The notes under the pieces are model-generated. The model made no database searches. It was given only the letters and a program-made list of their open reading frames with translations, and had not been told where the DNA came from. From IMG/VR virus record IMGVR_UViG_3300026189_001009, positions 32,001 through 96,000 of that record: a stretch of DNA of 64,000 nucleotides. One strand, written 5' to 3'. A program made the translations under genes and the position numbers. This stretch comes from a virus. Shown one piece after another: positions 19,362-29,668 of this stretch; position 1 is the first letter of the stretch; each line of letters begins with the position of its first letter.

Positions 19362-19918
19362 TGTTTGAAATTCCAATAATCAAAAAAACTATAGAATTTG
19401 ATAAGAATCGTATTGTAAATTCTATTAGAGATCACGTCCCGGGTTTGAAAATGCCTAATCCATGGTCAAAGCAATCTGATGTAATAACATCAATTGCCGC
19501 CGGGGCTGATGACGCCTGGCAAGATCAAGAACTTTTTCAATCAATGTATCCTGTAATCAAAGAATATATTCAAGAAACAATTGGACAAAACGTAAAAACT
19601 AATTGTCATATGTGGTATAATGTTTATAATACAGGATTTCATCAAGAACAACACAATCATAATGCTATTGGAACACTGGCATCTGGAATAGTGTATATAC
19701 AACTGCCAGAAAAATCAACAGGCACAACTTTCATAAATCCTTTAAAATCACTTTTCAATGCCTGCGAGTATAAACAAGAACTAACAATGATGACACCAAA
19801 GGTAAAAGAAGGTGATTGCATTATTTTTCCTCCATGGTTAGAACACAGAGTTGACAAACAGTATGAAATAGGTGGAACTCGCATAACTGTGGCGTTCAAC
19901 ATCAGCAATAATCCGTAG
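19361..19918 (+). CDS. 2OG-Fe(II) oxygenase-like protein
   Basis: HNH, SGIVY, IFPPWLEHRV, RITVAFN. Confidence 0.85.
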   Translation: MFEIPIIKKTIEFDKNRIVNSIRDHVPGLKMPNPWSKQSDVITSIAAGADDAWQDQELFQSMYPVIKEYIQETIGQNVKTNCHMWYNVYNTGFHQEQHNHNAIGTLASGIVYIQLPEKSTGTTFINPLKSLFNACEYKQELTMMTPKVKEGDCIIFPPWLEHRVDKQYEIGGTRITVAFNISNNP

Positions 19919-19960
19919 GTTTAGTAACAATTAAGTAGGTATATTATAAATAAGTGTGTA

Positions 19961-20200
19961 ATGGAACACACTTGTATAGTAATAGACATCAAACACTTAA
20001 TTGAGCAAAACAAAATCAAACGTTATATACGTCAGCAAATACTCGATTTAGGTGTAGATCATCACATAGCAGAAGACTGCACTGTAAATTTTGTTGCTGG
20101 AAAGCCTAACTATACAGGATATCTAGTAGATATTGAAAGTGGTACCTTAATTAAATTAGACCCTGAATACTCTGTTGTAAAAGCTCTGGTTAATCTCTAA
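19961..20200 (+). CDS. Hypothetical protein
   Basis: Preceded by TATAAATA. Confidence 0.55.
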   Translation: MEHTCIVIDIKHLIEQNKIKRYIRQQILDLGVDHHIAEDCTVNFVAGKPNYTGYLVDIESGTLIKLDPEYSVVKALVNL

Positions 20201-20203
20201 AGA

Positions 20204-20211
20204 TATAAATA
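20204..20211 (+). promoter_or_regulatory. T4-type late promoter
   Basis: TATAAATA upstream of a structural-type gene. Confidence 0.65.
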
Positions 20212-20281
20212 GTTTTAATAGAATGTACACTCAAGACTATGATTTATCATAGACTGTAGTAATACAGCACTTGGAGAAAAG

Positions 20282-21319
20282 ATGGCAGTAACTTATAACA
20301 TCAAGGGGACTACGAACTCCTCTTTTAAAGTTGGAAAACAGGGTACCGGCACGGTATATGCTGGTTCGGTAGAAGCTAACGACTTACAAGCTACAGGAAA
20401 TTTAACTGTTACAGGTAATTTACTTGTAAGTGGTACAACTACAACAGTATCATCTACTACAATTGATGTAAAAAATTCTTTTAGATTTGAAGGTGCAACT
20501 ACTGACGCACATGAAACAATACTGACAGTTGAAGATCCAACAGCAGATAGAACAGTTACTATACCAGATGCTACAACAACATTGGTAGGTACAGATACTA
20601 CACAAACACTCACAAACAAAACAATAACTGACGCCGCAAGTATATCTATTGCAAATACATCAACAGATGATAGTTTGTTATTAACAACTACAGAAGATTC
20701 AAGTACAGCAGGACCAGTTCTTACACTAAAAAGAAATAGTGCAAGTCCAGATGATGCTGACTACTTAGGACAAATTAAATTCAAAGGTGAGAATGATGCT
20801 GACCAAGAAACAGTATATTCAAAAATCACAGGTAAAATATTAGATGCCACAGACGGATCAGAAGATGGTCTATTAGAATTTGCATTTATTAAAGCTGGCT
20901 CACAAAACATATCTGGTAGGTTTAGAAGTGATCAGTTCCAATTATTAAATGGTACAAGTTTATATGTTGGTGCAGGTGGAGATCTTAAGTTTGAAGGTTC
21001 CACTTCAAATGCATATGAAACAACAATAGCAATTACTGACCCAACAGCAGATAGAACAATTACACTACCTGATGACACTGGAATAATTGTAACAAAAGAT
21101 AGTGCAACTGGTATGATGAACTTACCTGTTGGTACAACAGCACAAAGACCTGGAAGTCCTGTTACAGGCTCGATGAGATTTAATTCAACAACAAAAAGGT
21201 TCGAAGGGTACAATGGAATTCAATGGGTAGCAATGTCACCATATCCAGATGATATCACTACACCACGTGATGGTGATCCAGTACAGCTTGAGCCAGGTGA
21301 TTTAGGATCACTTACATAA
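20282..21319 (+). CDS. Virion structural, tail-fibre-like protein with an internal duplication
   Basis: Thr/Gly-rich; repeated FEG...ET....DPTADRT.T.PD module; LPVGTTAQRP..GSMRFN...FEGYNG.W. Confidence 0.75.
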   Translation: MAVTYNIKGTTNSSFKVGKQGTGTVYAGSVEANDLQATGNLTVTGNLLVSGTTTTVSSTTIDVKNSFRFEGATTDAHETILTVEDPTADRTVTIPDATTTLVGTDTTQTLTNKTITDAASISIANTSTDDSLLLTTTEDSSTAGPVLTLKRNSASPDDADYLGQIKFKGENDADQETVYSKITGKILDATDGSEDGLLEFAFIKAGSQNISGRFRSDQFQLLNGTSLYVGAGGDLKFEGSTSNAYETTIAITDPTADRTITLPDDTGIIVTKDSATGMMNLPVGTTAQRPGSPVTGSMRFNSTTKRFEGYNGIQWVAMSPYPDDITTPRDGDPVQLEPGDLGSLT

Positions 21320-21338
21320 AATTAGGAGAAATTAAATT

Positions 21339-21602
21339 ATGTGGAATAAAATAAAATATGACATACCTGAAATGTTAGACAACTGGAGATTAATTCCAAG
21401 ATTGTTAATTTTCATGTATGCAATAGTATTTTACCAAACAATGAATTGGTTTATGCTATTAGAAAACCCAAACAATGCACAGGCAGGTTTTGTTTCTGTG
21501 ATAGTTGGTGCGGGTGCGGCCTGGTTTGGTTTATACGTAAACTCAGGTTCAGGTAAAAAAGTAAGAATCGAAACAACAGGTTCAGGAAGTAAAACTAGCT
21601 AA
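21339..21602 (+). CDS. Small 2-TM membrane protein
   Basis: WRLIPR plus two hydrophobic helices; AGGAG RBS. Confidence 0.65.
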   Translation: MWNKIKYDIPEMLDNWRLIPRLLIFMYAIVFYQTMNWFMLLENPNNAQAGFVSVIVGAGAAWFGLYVNSGSGKKVRIETTGSGSKTS

Positions 21603-22033
21603 TGACCCCAGACCTTAATACACTGTCAATGGATTTATCAAATATGCTATTGCCATGGATAGGAGTATTGATATCTCTTGTGGTAGCTATTTGGTTCAAA
21701 GACTTTGCTACAGGATTAGCAAAAGGATTGAAGTTTAAATTTGATCCTGCTTTTAATGAAGGTGATGAAGTTTTGCTGGATGGTGAACTAGCAATGATTG
21801 TCAAAATTGGTGCTAGACAAACTGTATTTGGTGTATATTCTGAAAGAGGATACACTTGGAGATATGTTCCAAATGAGAGAATACCTTACTTGAAATTAGA
21901 AAAAGTTATTAAGAAAGATCTTCATGTTGACACAGAAGAAGAAAAAGCTGAAAAAATGAAGACATTGATCGACAAGGCACAAGACAAGCAGATAGCAAAA
22001 AACAAAGAAGCAATTGACAAGCTACAGAAGTAA
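21602..22033 (+). CDS. MscS beta-domain-like membrane protein
   Basis: TM helix then FNEGDEV..DG...IVKIG...T....VPN. Confidence 0.55.
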   Translation: MTPDLNTLSMDLSNMLLPWIGVLISLVVAIWFKDFATGLAKGLKFKFDPAFNEGDEVLLDGELAMIVKIGARQTVFGVYSERGYTWRYVPNERIPYLKLEKVIKKDLHVDTEEEKAEKMKTLIDKAQDKQIAKNKEAIDKLQK

Positions 22034-22047
22034 CGATAAATATTTGT

Positions 22048-22407
22048 ATGAATAATATTACTCTTAAATTTGAATCATCACTTGATGAAAGTTTGCTAGA
22101 AAATCTTTTTGAAGTAATGGCCGCTGTTTTGCCACACGATGTTTACACTGAAAATAAGATTGTAAATGGCGATGGCGTTGTTACTGATTACAATATAGTA
22201 TATCATGAAACTATGGGATACCATTGTTATGAAATGCCTTGTACAAGACCATTAACAATTGAAGAAGGCAAAGCATTATATTATGTGGTTGACAATGCTA
22301 TTGATGGCAATTACTATTTAGAAATGACAGCAAATGCAAAAGAGTTACAAAATAGATATAAGTTTAATAGTTTTGAAGGGACAATACAGGAGGGAGAAAT
22401 CCAGTAG
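22048..22407 (+). CDS. Hypothetical protein
   Basis: TAAATA-5nt-ATG. Confidence 0.6.
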   Translation: MNNITLKFESSLDESLLENLFEVMAAVLPHDVYTENKIVNGDGVVTDYNIVYHETMGYHCYEMPCTRPLTIEEGKALYYVVDNAIDGNYYLEMTANAKELQNRYKFNSFEGTIQEGEIQ

Positions 22408-23132
22408 TGTTCAAACCAAAGACGGTGCTTGAAAAAAGCGATGACTTTATTGCTCATCATACCAAATTAGAAAAAATAATACAAACAATATTTAATTGGC
22501 AAGATCCACCTTGTGTAGATTATGGAAGAGATCCATATGCAGGAGGTTCGTTATATTATCATCAGTGGAATATTTTATTTAGAATATTACAACCAAAGAA
22601 AATTTTAATATCTGGTGGTTACAGTAATATGGATCTTTTTACTGCTTGTTATGGACTCAACCTAAACTGTGAAGTTAAGATGTATGATCCTTTAGCCCAA
22701 ACAGATAGATGGGCAGGAAATAGTTTAGAGTGGACAAGAAATCAACATGAGAAGCTGAAAGAAATATGTGAGTTTACAGATAGCTATGAACATATTCATG
22801 ATGTTATTCCACAAGGTGGAATATCTGGATACACACCTGATTTAATTTGGCTAGGTTGGGATATTGAAGAGTTTTTAGGAACAAACTACGAAGCTATTAA
22901 TATGATAGCACTACATTCTGGAAAACCAAGAGAAATGTTCAAGAGTCTTTATCAAATAGATAAAGTTTGTAATATGCAAGTTTTCACAGATAGATGGAGT
23001 TTCCATTCCAACAACGACTATGATTATTCTATAATGTCTACTAGGACATTCAGATTTAGAAATTACCTAATTGAAAACGCCAAAGAAAAAGACGTAATCT
23101 GGGCAAGACAAGATATATACCATTCCGAATAG
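22407..23132 (+). CDS. Hypothetical protein (possible degenerate Rossmann/methyltransferase fold)
   Basis: GGAG RBS; LQPKKILISGG segment. Confidence 0.55.
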   Translation: MFKPKTVLEKSDDFIAHHTKLEKIIQTIFNWQDPPCVDYGRDPYAGGSLYYHQWNILFRILQPKKILISGGYSNMDLFTACYGLNLNCEVKMYDPLAQTDRWAGNSLEWTRNQHEKLKEICEFTDSYEHIHDVIPQGGISGYTPDLIWLGWDIEEFLGTNYEAINMIALHSGKPREMFKSLYQIDKVCNMQVFTDRWSFHSNNDYDYSIMSTRTFRFRNYLIENAKEKDVIWARQDIYHSE

Positions 23133-23138
23133 TAAGAC

Positions 23139-23166
23139 TTGACAATTTTTATCAATGTGTTATACT
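23139..23166 (+). promoter_or_regulatory. Sigma70-like promoter, probably leaderless
   Basis: TTGACA-16nt-TATACT, then 6 nt to ATG 23173. Confidence 0.7.
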
Positions 23167-23172
23167 ACTAGT

Positions 23173-23721
23173 ATGAATCAACATATCATGATAGATTTGG
23201 AAACCCTAGCCACTACAATTGACGCCAATGTCTTGACAATTGGTGCATTGAAGTTTGATCCAAGACAAGACTACACTGATTGGAAATGGGGAGACTTTCC
23301 TATTGATCAAGTATTTTATCGTAGGATTAATCCTGAAACTGGCACAGCAATTGGATTAAAAAATGATGATGAAACAATTGGTTGGTGGGCAAAGCAAAGC
23401 GATGAAGTAAAAGCTGAAGCATTTTCCGACGAACATAGATATTCAATTGATGAAGTATTTAGAGATTTTTACAAATTTTGTCTTACTGGAAAGTATTTTT
23501 GGGCTCAAGGTGTTGCATTTGATACTGTGATATGTGAGCAAGTATTTAAAAAACTAAACCGCGGTGCTCCATGGATGTTCTATAACCTGAGAGATACAAG
23601 AACATTATTTGATCTTGTAGATCCGCAAATGCCTAAAGCATTACATCACCATGCATTATTTGATTGCTGGAGGCAAACTATTGGAGTACAAAATGTCTAC
23701 AGAAAATTACAAATCAGTTAA
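23173..23721 (+). CDS. DEDDh 3'-5' exonuclease (DexA/RNase AS-like)
   Basis: MIDLETL, FD, RDTRT, HHALFDC. Confidence 0.88.
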   Translation: MNQHIMIDLETLATTIDANVLTIGALKFDPRQDYTDWKWGDFPIDQVFYRRINPETGTAIGLKNDDETIGWWAKQSDEVKAEAFSDEHRYSIDEVFRDFYKFCLTGKYFWAQGVAFDTVICEQVFKKLNRGAPWMFYNLRDTRTLFDLVDPQMPKALHHHALFDCWRQTIGVQNVYRKLQIS

Positions 23722-24769
23722 ACGTATAGGTTTTTGTTGCAAATGGATTAACGACATATCTGAATCTCAAGGTATGAAGATTAATGCTAAAGACAGAGAT
23801 CTAAATGGAAGGTCAACTACTATGCGTTGGCTACGAGAACATAAAGAAGAAGCTGAACAAAGACAATGGGACATTATGAATCATAATGCCACAGCCGCTC
23901 GTAAGATGATTGAACGTGTTGGAACATTACCACTTGAACGAAGAATGGTTAGGTTAGGTAGTGAAATGCTACAAGGTTATACTGAAAAAGATTGGATTGA
24001 TTGGTGGCAACAAAAAGAAGTACAAGATCATTTAGAAAAAATATTTGCACCTGTTGGCGAAGCTTCTAGAAAGCATAATGTAAAAATTAGTTTTCATCCT
24101 GGACAATTTTGTGTACTTGCTAGTGCTACACCTGACATAGTTGAAAGAAGTATACTAGAATTTGAATACCATGCAGATATGGCTCGTTGGATGGGCTTTG
24201 GTAAAAGTTTCCAAGATGGTTGCAAACTTAATGTACATATATCTGGTAAACAAGGCCCAGATGGTATTAAAAAAGCATTGCCTAGACTATCACAAGAAGC
24301 GAGAAATCTTATTACTATTGAAAATGATGAAATGGGGCATGGCTTAGAAAAAAGTTTAGAACTAGAAAAAGACTTGGCTCTAGTATTAGATATACATCAT
24401 CATTGGATACGTGATGAAGAATATATTGAACCTAATGATGATAGAGTTAAAAGAGTAATAGATTCATGGCGTGGACAAAGACCCACTTTGCATTATTCTT
24501 ATTCTAGAGATGAAGCTCTTGCACCTGCACAATTAGGAGATAAGATGCATACAGAAATGCACAATATTAAAGACTTGATAGCTAAAGGTTGCAAGAAACA
24601 AAAGCTGAGAGCACATTCAGATTTATATCCAAACGATAAAGTAAATGATTGGGCGTTGAGCTTCAATGAAAATTTTGATATACAAACAGAATCCAAAGCA
24701 AAAAATTTAAGTGCTGAACAATTATATAATAAATATCTTAGTAATAAAAAAGTAAAAGAAACAGCATGA
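23693..24769 (+). CDS. uvsE: UV-damage endonuclease
   Basis: RIGFCC, SFHPGQF, NVH, IENDE, LDIHHH, HYS, AHSD, ESKAK; GGAG RBS before 23693. Confidence 0.92.
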   Translation: MSTENYKSVKRIGFCCKWINDISESQGMKINAKDRDLNGRSTTMRWLREHKEEAEQRQWDIMNHNATAARKMIERVGTLPLERRMVRLGSEMLQGYTEKDWIDWWQQKEVQDHLEKIFAPVGEASRKHNVKISFHPGQFCVLASATPDIVERSILEFEYHADMARWMGFGKSFQDGCKLNVHISGKQGPDGIKKALPRLSQEARNLITIENDEMGHGLEKSLELEKDLALVLDIHHHWIRDEEYIEPNDDRVKRVIDSWRGQRPTLHYSYSRDEALAPAQLGDKMHTEMHNIKDLIAKGCKKQKLRAHSDLYPNDKVNDWALSFNENFDIQTESKAKNLSAEQLYNKYLSNKKVKETA

Positions 24770-25443
24770 CAGATCAAATTATAAACGATTACATTTTAGA
24801 AGTACCAGAATTAAAAGAGCTTTGTAGCCAAGAAAAACTTCTTAACTTATGGGATAACTTAAAAACTTTTCCATTTGAAAAAGATAGTATTGGTAAAGGA
24901 GCTTGGGATTCAGATTGGGATGGACAAGAATTTATTAGAGTAGAACCAACAATGTTTGATACATTAACTTCTGATAACAAGCAGAACATGGAAAAGTTAT
25001 TTGGCACAATTAATAATGATGTTATGTTTGATAAGCCAGACGGATGGATGGTAATCAAGTATAAACATAAATGGATGAGACCTCATTTGGATCATGAAAG
25101 AAATGCAGTATTAATAATGCCAATAGTACCAGAAGAATATCCAATAACTTACGTAGAAAATAAAGATACTGGTATTAAACAAGCAGACACTGAACAATTA
25201 GAAGATCAACTTGATGGAGGTAAGTGGGGAAATATTTTATATGAACACACTTATACTATGCCTACAATTATTAATGGTAAGATACCTCACACAGTTTTTG
25301 ATTACAAGCAATTAGAAAGAAGATTTTTTCAAATATCATTGTTCTTTAATAGCAGTGATTGGAGCATCAAAGAAGACAAAGGTCCAAACTTTTGGAATGA
25401 ATTAGTTGATTGCTATAAGAAAGGTAACTTGATTAATGTCTAA
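24766..25443 (+). CDS. Putative 2OG-Fe(II)/cupin oxygenase-like protein
   Basis: PHLD..RNAV..P and IING.IPH.V...RRFFQIS; paralog of the next gene. Confidence 0.6.
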   Translation: MTDQIINDYILEVPELKELCSQEKLLNLWDNLKTFPFEKDSIGKGAWDSDWDGQEFIRVEPTMFDTLTSDNKQNMEKLFGTINNDVMFDKPDGWMVIKYKHKWMRPHLDHERNAVLIMPIVPEEYPITYVENKDTGIKQADTEQLEDQLDGGKWGNILYEHTYTMPTIINGKIPHTVFDYKQLERRFFQISLFFNSSDWSIKEDKGPNFWNELVDCYKKGNLINV

Positions 25444-26527
25444 TACTAAAGAAGAACATATCAGATATAGACACATCAAAACAAAAGAATATAAAGCTGA
25501 TGATCTAATACTTGATATGCCAGACTTTCACAAAGAATTTCCATTTGATGATTGTCTTAAAATGTTTGATGATGTTTATGCAAACATAGATTTTTCAGTA
25601 TCGTATGATTCAACAGAATATTTGTGTTTAGATTCACATCACGATAATCCTTTACTAACACCTGAAAGCAGAGACCTTATAAGAAGGTTAAAAAATTATA
25701 TAAATTATAATCTATGCTATGGAAAGCCAGAAGTATATGTTCAGTTTTTACCGAAGACGTCATATATGAGAGCACACTTAGACAACGGCAGAAATGCAGT
25801 TGTAAATGTTCCTTTAGTTCCTTTGAACTATGATATAATCTATCATGAGATAATACCAAATACAATGGTCAATCTTCCTACGCCGGAACAAGTAGAAAAC
25901 GAATATCATAATTTAGATCTAGGAGAAGTGTATCATGAACACACTTATACCGGACCATGTATTATTAACGGAAGAGTCCCTCATAAGGTTTGTGACTATG
26001 GGTTAGACAGAAAGCTACTACAAATCAGTCTTCCATTTAAAACAGATACATTTGATCCAGGTTCACAAGAAGGAGAATTTTGGCCACAGTTAAAAGAAGC
26101 ACATGAATCAAAAAAATTATACGATAATGCTTTAAATCATCAAGTTGCTTTTGAAAAAGAAATTGTTATAGATCCAAACTTTAAAGGTGAAACATATGAC
26201 GCTGATTATTTTTACAAACACGTTTGGCAAAGAAAACTTGATGGTGAAGAACCATGGTTTGAAGATTATGCAACAATAGTATTCAAGAGTACTACAACTG
26301 CACTCGAACCTTCTTATACTATATTTGAATTTTTTCCAAAGACAGAACAACTGTCTCCAGGACAAAAGATTTATAGAAAACTATCTTTATGTTTAGAAAA
26401 AGCTGTTAGGTACATTGAAAATAATACAGGACCGGACACTGAGGTTCATTTAAAAACAATAATTAATAATTCTGGAAGAAAAGATTATTACCCACACATA
26501 CTATTAGAGATTAGAAATGACGACTAA
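25436..26527 (+). CDS. Putative 2OG-Fe(II)/cupin oxygenase-like protein with extra C-terminal domain
   Basis: AHLD.GRNAV..P and IINGRVPHKV...RKLLQIS. Confidence 0.6.
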   Translation: MSNTKEEHIRYRHIKTKEYKADDLILDMPDFHKEFPFDDCLKMFDDVYANIDFSVSYDSTEYLCLDSHHDNPLLTPESRDLIRRLKNYINYNLCYGKPEVYVQFLPKTSYMRAHLDNGRNAVVNVPLVPLNYDIIYHEIIPNTMVNLPTPEQVENEYHNLDLGEVYHEHTYTGPCIINGRVPHKVCDYGLDRKLLQISLPFKTDTFDPGSQEGEFWPQLKEAHESKKLYDNALNHQVAFEKEIVIDPNFKGETYDADYFYKHVWQRKLDGEEPWFEDYATIVFKSTTTALEPSYTIFEFFPKTEQLSPGQKIYRKLSLCLEKAVRYIENNTGPDTEVHLKTIINNSGRKDYYPHILLEIRNDD

Positions 26528-27326
26528 TACTAAATTGATTAATGGTATAGAACATACGGAAGTCAGTGAAGGAAATTGGTTACCTACAGAAGGATTAGCA
26601 AGACGTGTTAGAAGAATTGATGATAATGGTAATCCGATAACAATACTACCTGACACATATGATCCACCAGTTGATAGAAAAGAAAAATGGATTGATGCTA
26701 AAAATCATACTAGAACTTATATCAATTCTGAGAAAGCAATTAATGTTACAAGCAGATCTCAAAGAAACTTTACCGACGAAGTTCCTGCAGAAAAAGATAT
26801 AGAAAACTTAATTGAACTAGCAACAAATTCGCCAAGCAGACAAAGAGCATATGATTTAATTGTATCAAAAGATAAAGATTTTGGAAGAACATTATGGGAC
26901 AATATTAATGATGCTGAAGATATTGAACCAGGTGAAGATGAACATCGTCATAGTTTTTCTGGTGCTAGGGCACCTTTGGTATTTGTTTGGACATATAAGA
27001 ATAGCAAACAATTTACACCTTCAGCAATATTTGAATTAGGATTATCTTTAGGAATTACTGCCCATACAGCCACAATGATGGGATATAACGTTGGTATGTG
27101 TTATAGAGCAAGTATAAATCACAAAACAATACTGGGTGAATTAAAGAATAAACACAATATTGATACACAAATAGTGGGTGCAGTGCTTGGAATTGGCAAA
27201 GCTATACCAGGAAAAATGTGGAATAATGACATTTATATACACGAGTTATACCCAGAGTTTAATGAAAACTATCATTACGGTCAGTATCCTATAAGAGAGA
27301 GCCAAGTTATCAGACTTGGTTTTTAA
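26517..27326 (+). CDS. Nitroreductase-family protein
   Basis: RSQRNF, ATNSPSRQ, APLVFV, LGIG. Confidence 0.75.
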   Translation: MTTNTKLINGIEHTEVSEGNWLPTEGLARRVRRIDDNGNPITILPDTYDPPVDRKEKWIDAKNHTRTYINSEKAINVTSRSQRNFTDEVPAEKDIENLIELATNSPSRQRAYDLIVSKDKDFGRTLWDNINDAEDIEPGEDEHRHSFSGARAPLVFVWTYKNSKQFTPSAIFELGLSLGITAHTATMMGYNVGMCYRASINHKTILGELKNKHNIDTQIVGAVLGIGKAIPGKMWNNDIYIHELYPEFNENYHYGQYPIRESQVIRLGF

Positions 27327-27370
27327 TATACTAATAAATACTTGTTACAACAAACCCTTAAGGAGTAGTT

Positions 27371-27508
27371 ATGGCTGGTATGATAAAAAAAGAGGCACGT
27401 GAAGTCCATAAGAAGGGCACTTCTATTGGTAACGGACGAACTAAAAAAGCTAGTATGAATAAGCATAAAAAACGTAGTTACAAGAAGTATAACGGACAAG
27501 GTAGATAA
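27371..27508 (+). CDS. 45-aa highly basic protein (not in ORF track)
   Basis: TAAATA at 27335 and AGGAG RBS; MAGMIKKEAREVHKKGTSIGNGRTKKASMNKHKKRSYKKYNGQGR. Confidence 0.7.
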   Translation: MAGMIKKEAREVHKKGTSIGNGRTKKASMNKHKKRSYKKYNGQGR

Positions 27509-29668
27509 ATGAAAGCAACAGATTTAAATACGGCCGTTTTTGCCTTTGGTAGACTCAATCCTCCAACAATTGGACACGGCAGACTGGTTGAAATGCTTAA
27601 AAGTCAACCAGGAAAGCCCTATCTATTCATAACACATACTCAAAATCCTAAGAAAGATCCTCTATCATACACACAGAAGGTCAAATATGCAAAAGCAAGT
27701 TTTAATGGTATAAACATAGGTGATCCCAACGTAAAGACCCTTATACAGGCGTTACAGAAGCTGGAATCACTAGGTTTTGCACATATTATCATGGTTGCAG
27801 GCTCGGATAGACAAGCTCAATTTGAGGAGTTTTTACCCAAATATAACGGCAAAGATTACAAATTTGACACTATAAAAGTGGTAAGTTCCGGTGAAAGAGA
27901 CCCAGATTCAGAGGGTGTTGAAGGTATGTCAGCCAGCAAAATGAGAACTCATGCACAGAACAATGACTTTGATAGCTTCAAAGACGGTGTATTAGATCCT
28001 AGCATTGCAAAAGATATGTTTAATGATGTAAGAGCAGGCATGGGGCTAACAGAATATGGTGGTATGGGGTTTGCAACAGTTACTCCAAAGAGACATACAA
28101 TTACACGTAAGGTTAAACCAGAAGATAAAGTAGATACTAGATCAATGCAACAAAAAATTGCAGACAGAAGAAAAGAATTACAGAAAAAATATAGCAGTGA
28201 ACCACGTGACTGGAAAAGTATGAAATGGGTCGAAGGTGTAAAAAAAGAAATAGATGAAGCAATATCAGACTTACCTCTTGTATATGTTGATATGGACGGT
28301 GTAATTGCTGACTTCTTTTCAGCATTAGCAAAATTTAGAGGTGTAGATCATTGGAAAGACGGTGGTGATGATAGTGTACAAGATTCAATTAAAGCAATTG
28401 CAGGTACAAATTTCTTTTCAACACTACCAGTATTTCCAACAGCAAAGCAATTAATTACAATTGTGACAGCATTTACAGGTGGAGCATGGAATATTAATAG
28501 CTCTCCTTTAAGAAACGATCATGAGAATTCTAAAAAACATAAACTTGATTGGTTAAAAGATAATGGCTTTTCTCCTAACGAAATTATTATTACAGGAAGA
28601 AAAGAAAGTTATGCAAACAGAACAGGTAAACCTAATATACTAATCGATGACAAACCAAGCAACATCGAAAGATGGACAGCTAAAAATGGTATTGGTATTA
28701 GATACCAAGCTAACAAAGATTCGTTATCAAAAGTTAGTAATGCATTTAATATAATCAAACAATATATGCAAAGCAATGATGCATGGACACCTGAATTGAT
28801 ACAAAAAGTTAATACAGCAATAGCTACTGGTAAAATAAATGAAGGTGAACTAATACCGTTTCCTGAAAACTCGTTAGTAATAGATGTAGATAGTAAAAGT
28901 GACTTTTATGAACTAACAAAAGACATATCAGATCTGAGTCAAGCAGATGCAAACAAATATGGCACTAAAGGTAAAGCTGATGTAGTTATTACTTTTCAAA
29001 GTCCAGAAGTCAAAGACATGGTAGCAAAACGTATTAAAAAATACACAGGTATGAAATCAAAAGACGCGACAACAAATAATCTTTATCACTATAATAGTAG
29101 CAAAAAGAAAAAGAAAAAAGTTAATGAGCATGGTGGCAGAGTAGTAAAAGGAATCAATACAACACCAGACGTAGGTGTTGATGCAATTAAAAAACAATCA
29201 GGTAAACTAGGATTTAAAGTCAGTAATGATGGTGTACCACCAAAACTTAGAGAAGACGAAAAGTTTAAAAACCAAGATGGCCAGATGAGTTTCATTGGTT
29301 CTAATCCAGGAACAAAAAAATGGAACAAAGCAAAGAAAACATCAGAACCAGGAACAGATGATTGGTTTAAAACTTGGAGAACATTATCTTATCTAACCAA
29401 AGGTAGAAAAAATCATTATATGTTACCTATCAAAGAAAAACTAGAAGTACTATTAAAGGAATATTATAAAATGAAAATAAACGAAGTGGAACAAAAGTTA
29501 AAACCGATAACTGAAGCTGAGTTTGATCAGTTAGCTGAAAAACAAGATGCTTGTTATCATAAAGTAAAATCAAGATATAAAGTTTGGCCTAGTGCGTATG
29601 CCTCTGGTGCCTTAGTAAAATGCAGAAAAGTCGGTGCAAAGAATTGGGGTAATAAGAGTAAAAAGTAA
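27509..29668 (+). CDS. Multidomain protein: HxGH-type nucleotidyltransferase, HAD 5'-nucleotidase and short basic modules
   Basis: FGRLNPPTIGH, AGSDR, MSASKMR; YVDMDGV, LIDD; KQDACYHKVK...ALVKCRK. Confidence 0.82.
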   Translation: MKATDLNTAVFAFGRLNPPTIGHGRLVEMLKSQPGKPYLFITHTQNPKKDPLSYTQKVKYAKASFNGINIGDPNVKTLIQALQKLESLGFAHIIMVAGSDRQAQFEEFLPKYNGKDYKFDTIKVVSSGERDPDSEGVEGMSASKMRTHAQNNDFDSFKDGVLDPSIAKDMFNDVRAGMGLTEYGGMGFATVTPKRHTITRKVKPEDKVDTRSMQQKIADRRKELQKKYSSEPRDWKSMKWVEGVKKEIDEAISDLPLVYVDMDGVIADFFSALAKFRGVDHWKDGGDDSVQDSIKAIAGTNFFSTLPVFPTAKQLITIVTAFTGGAWNINSSPLRNDHENSKKHKLDWLKDNGFSPNEIIITGRKESYANRTGKPNILIDDKPSNIERWTAKNGIGIRYQANKDSLSKVSNAFNIIKQYMQSNDAWTPELIQKVNTAIATGKINEGELIPFPENSLVIDVDSKSDFYELTKDISDLSQADANKYGTKGKADVVITFQSPEVKDMVAKRIKKYTGMKSKDATTNNLYHYNSSKKKKKKVNEHGGRVVKGINTTPDVGVDAIKKQSGKLGFKVSNDGVPPKLREDEKFKNQDGQMSFIGSNPGTKKWNKAKKTSEPGTDDWFKTWRTLSYLTKGRKNHYMLPIKEKLEVLLKEYYKMKINEVEQKLKPITEAEFDQLAEKQDACYHKVKSRYKVWPSAYASGALVKCRKVGAKNWGNKSKK

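Noticed and set aside
20537-21058. Direct repeat CCAACAGCAGATAGAACA as a possible recombination or DGR repeat
   Set aside because: It is explained by the duplicated PTADRT protein module; no reverse transcriptase or recombinase is present.
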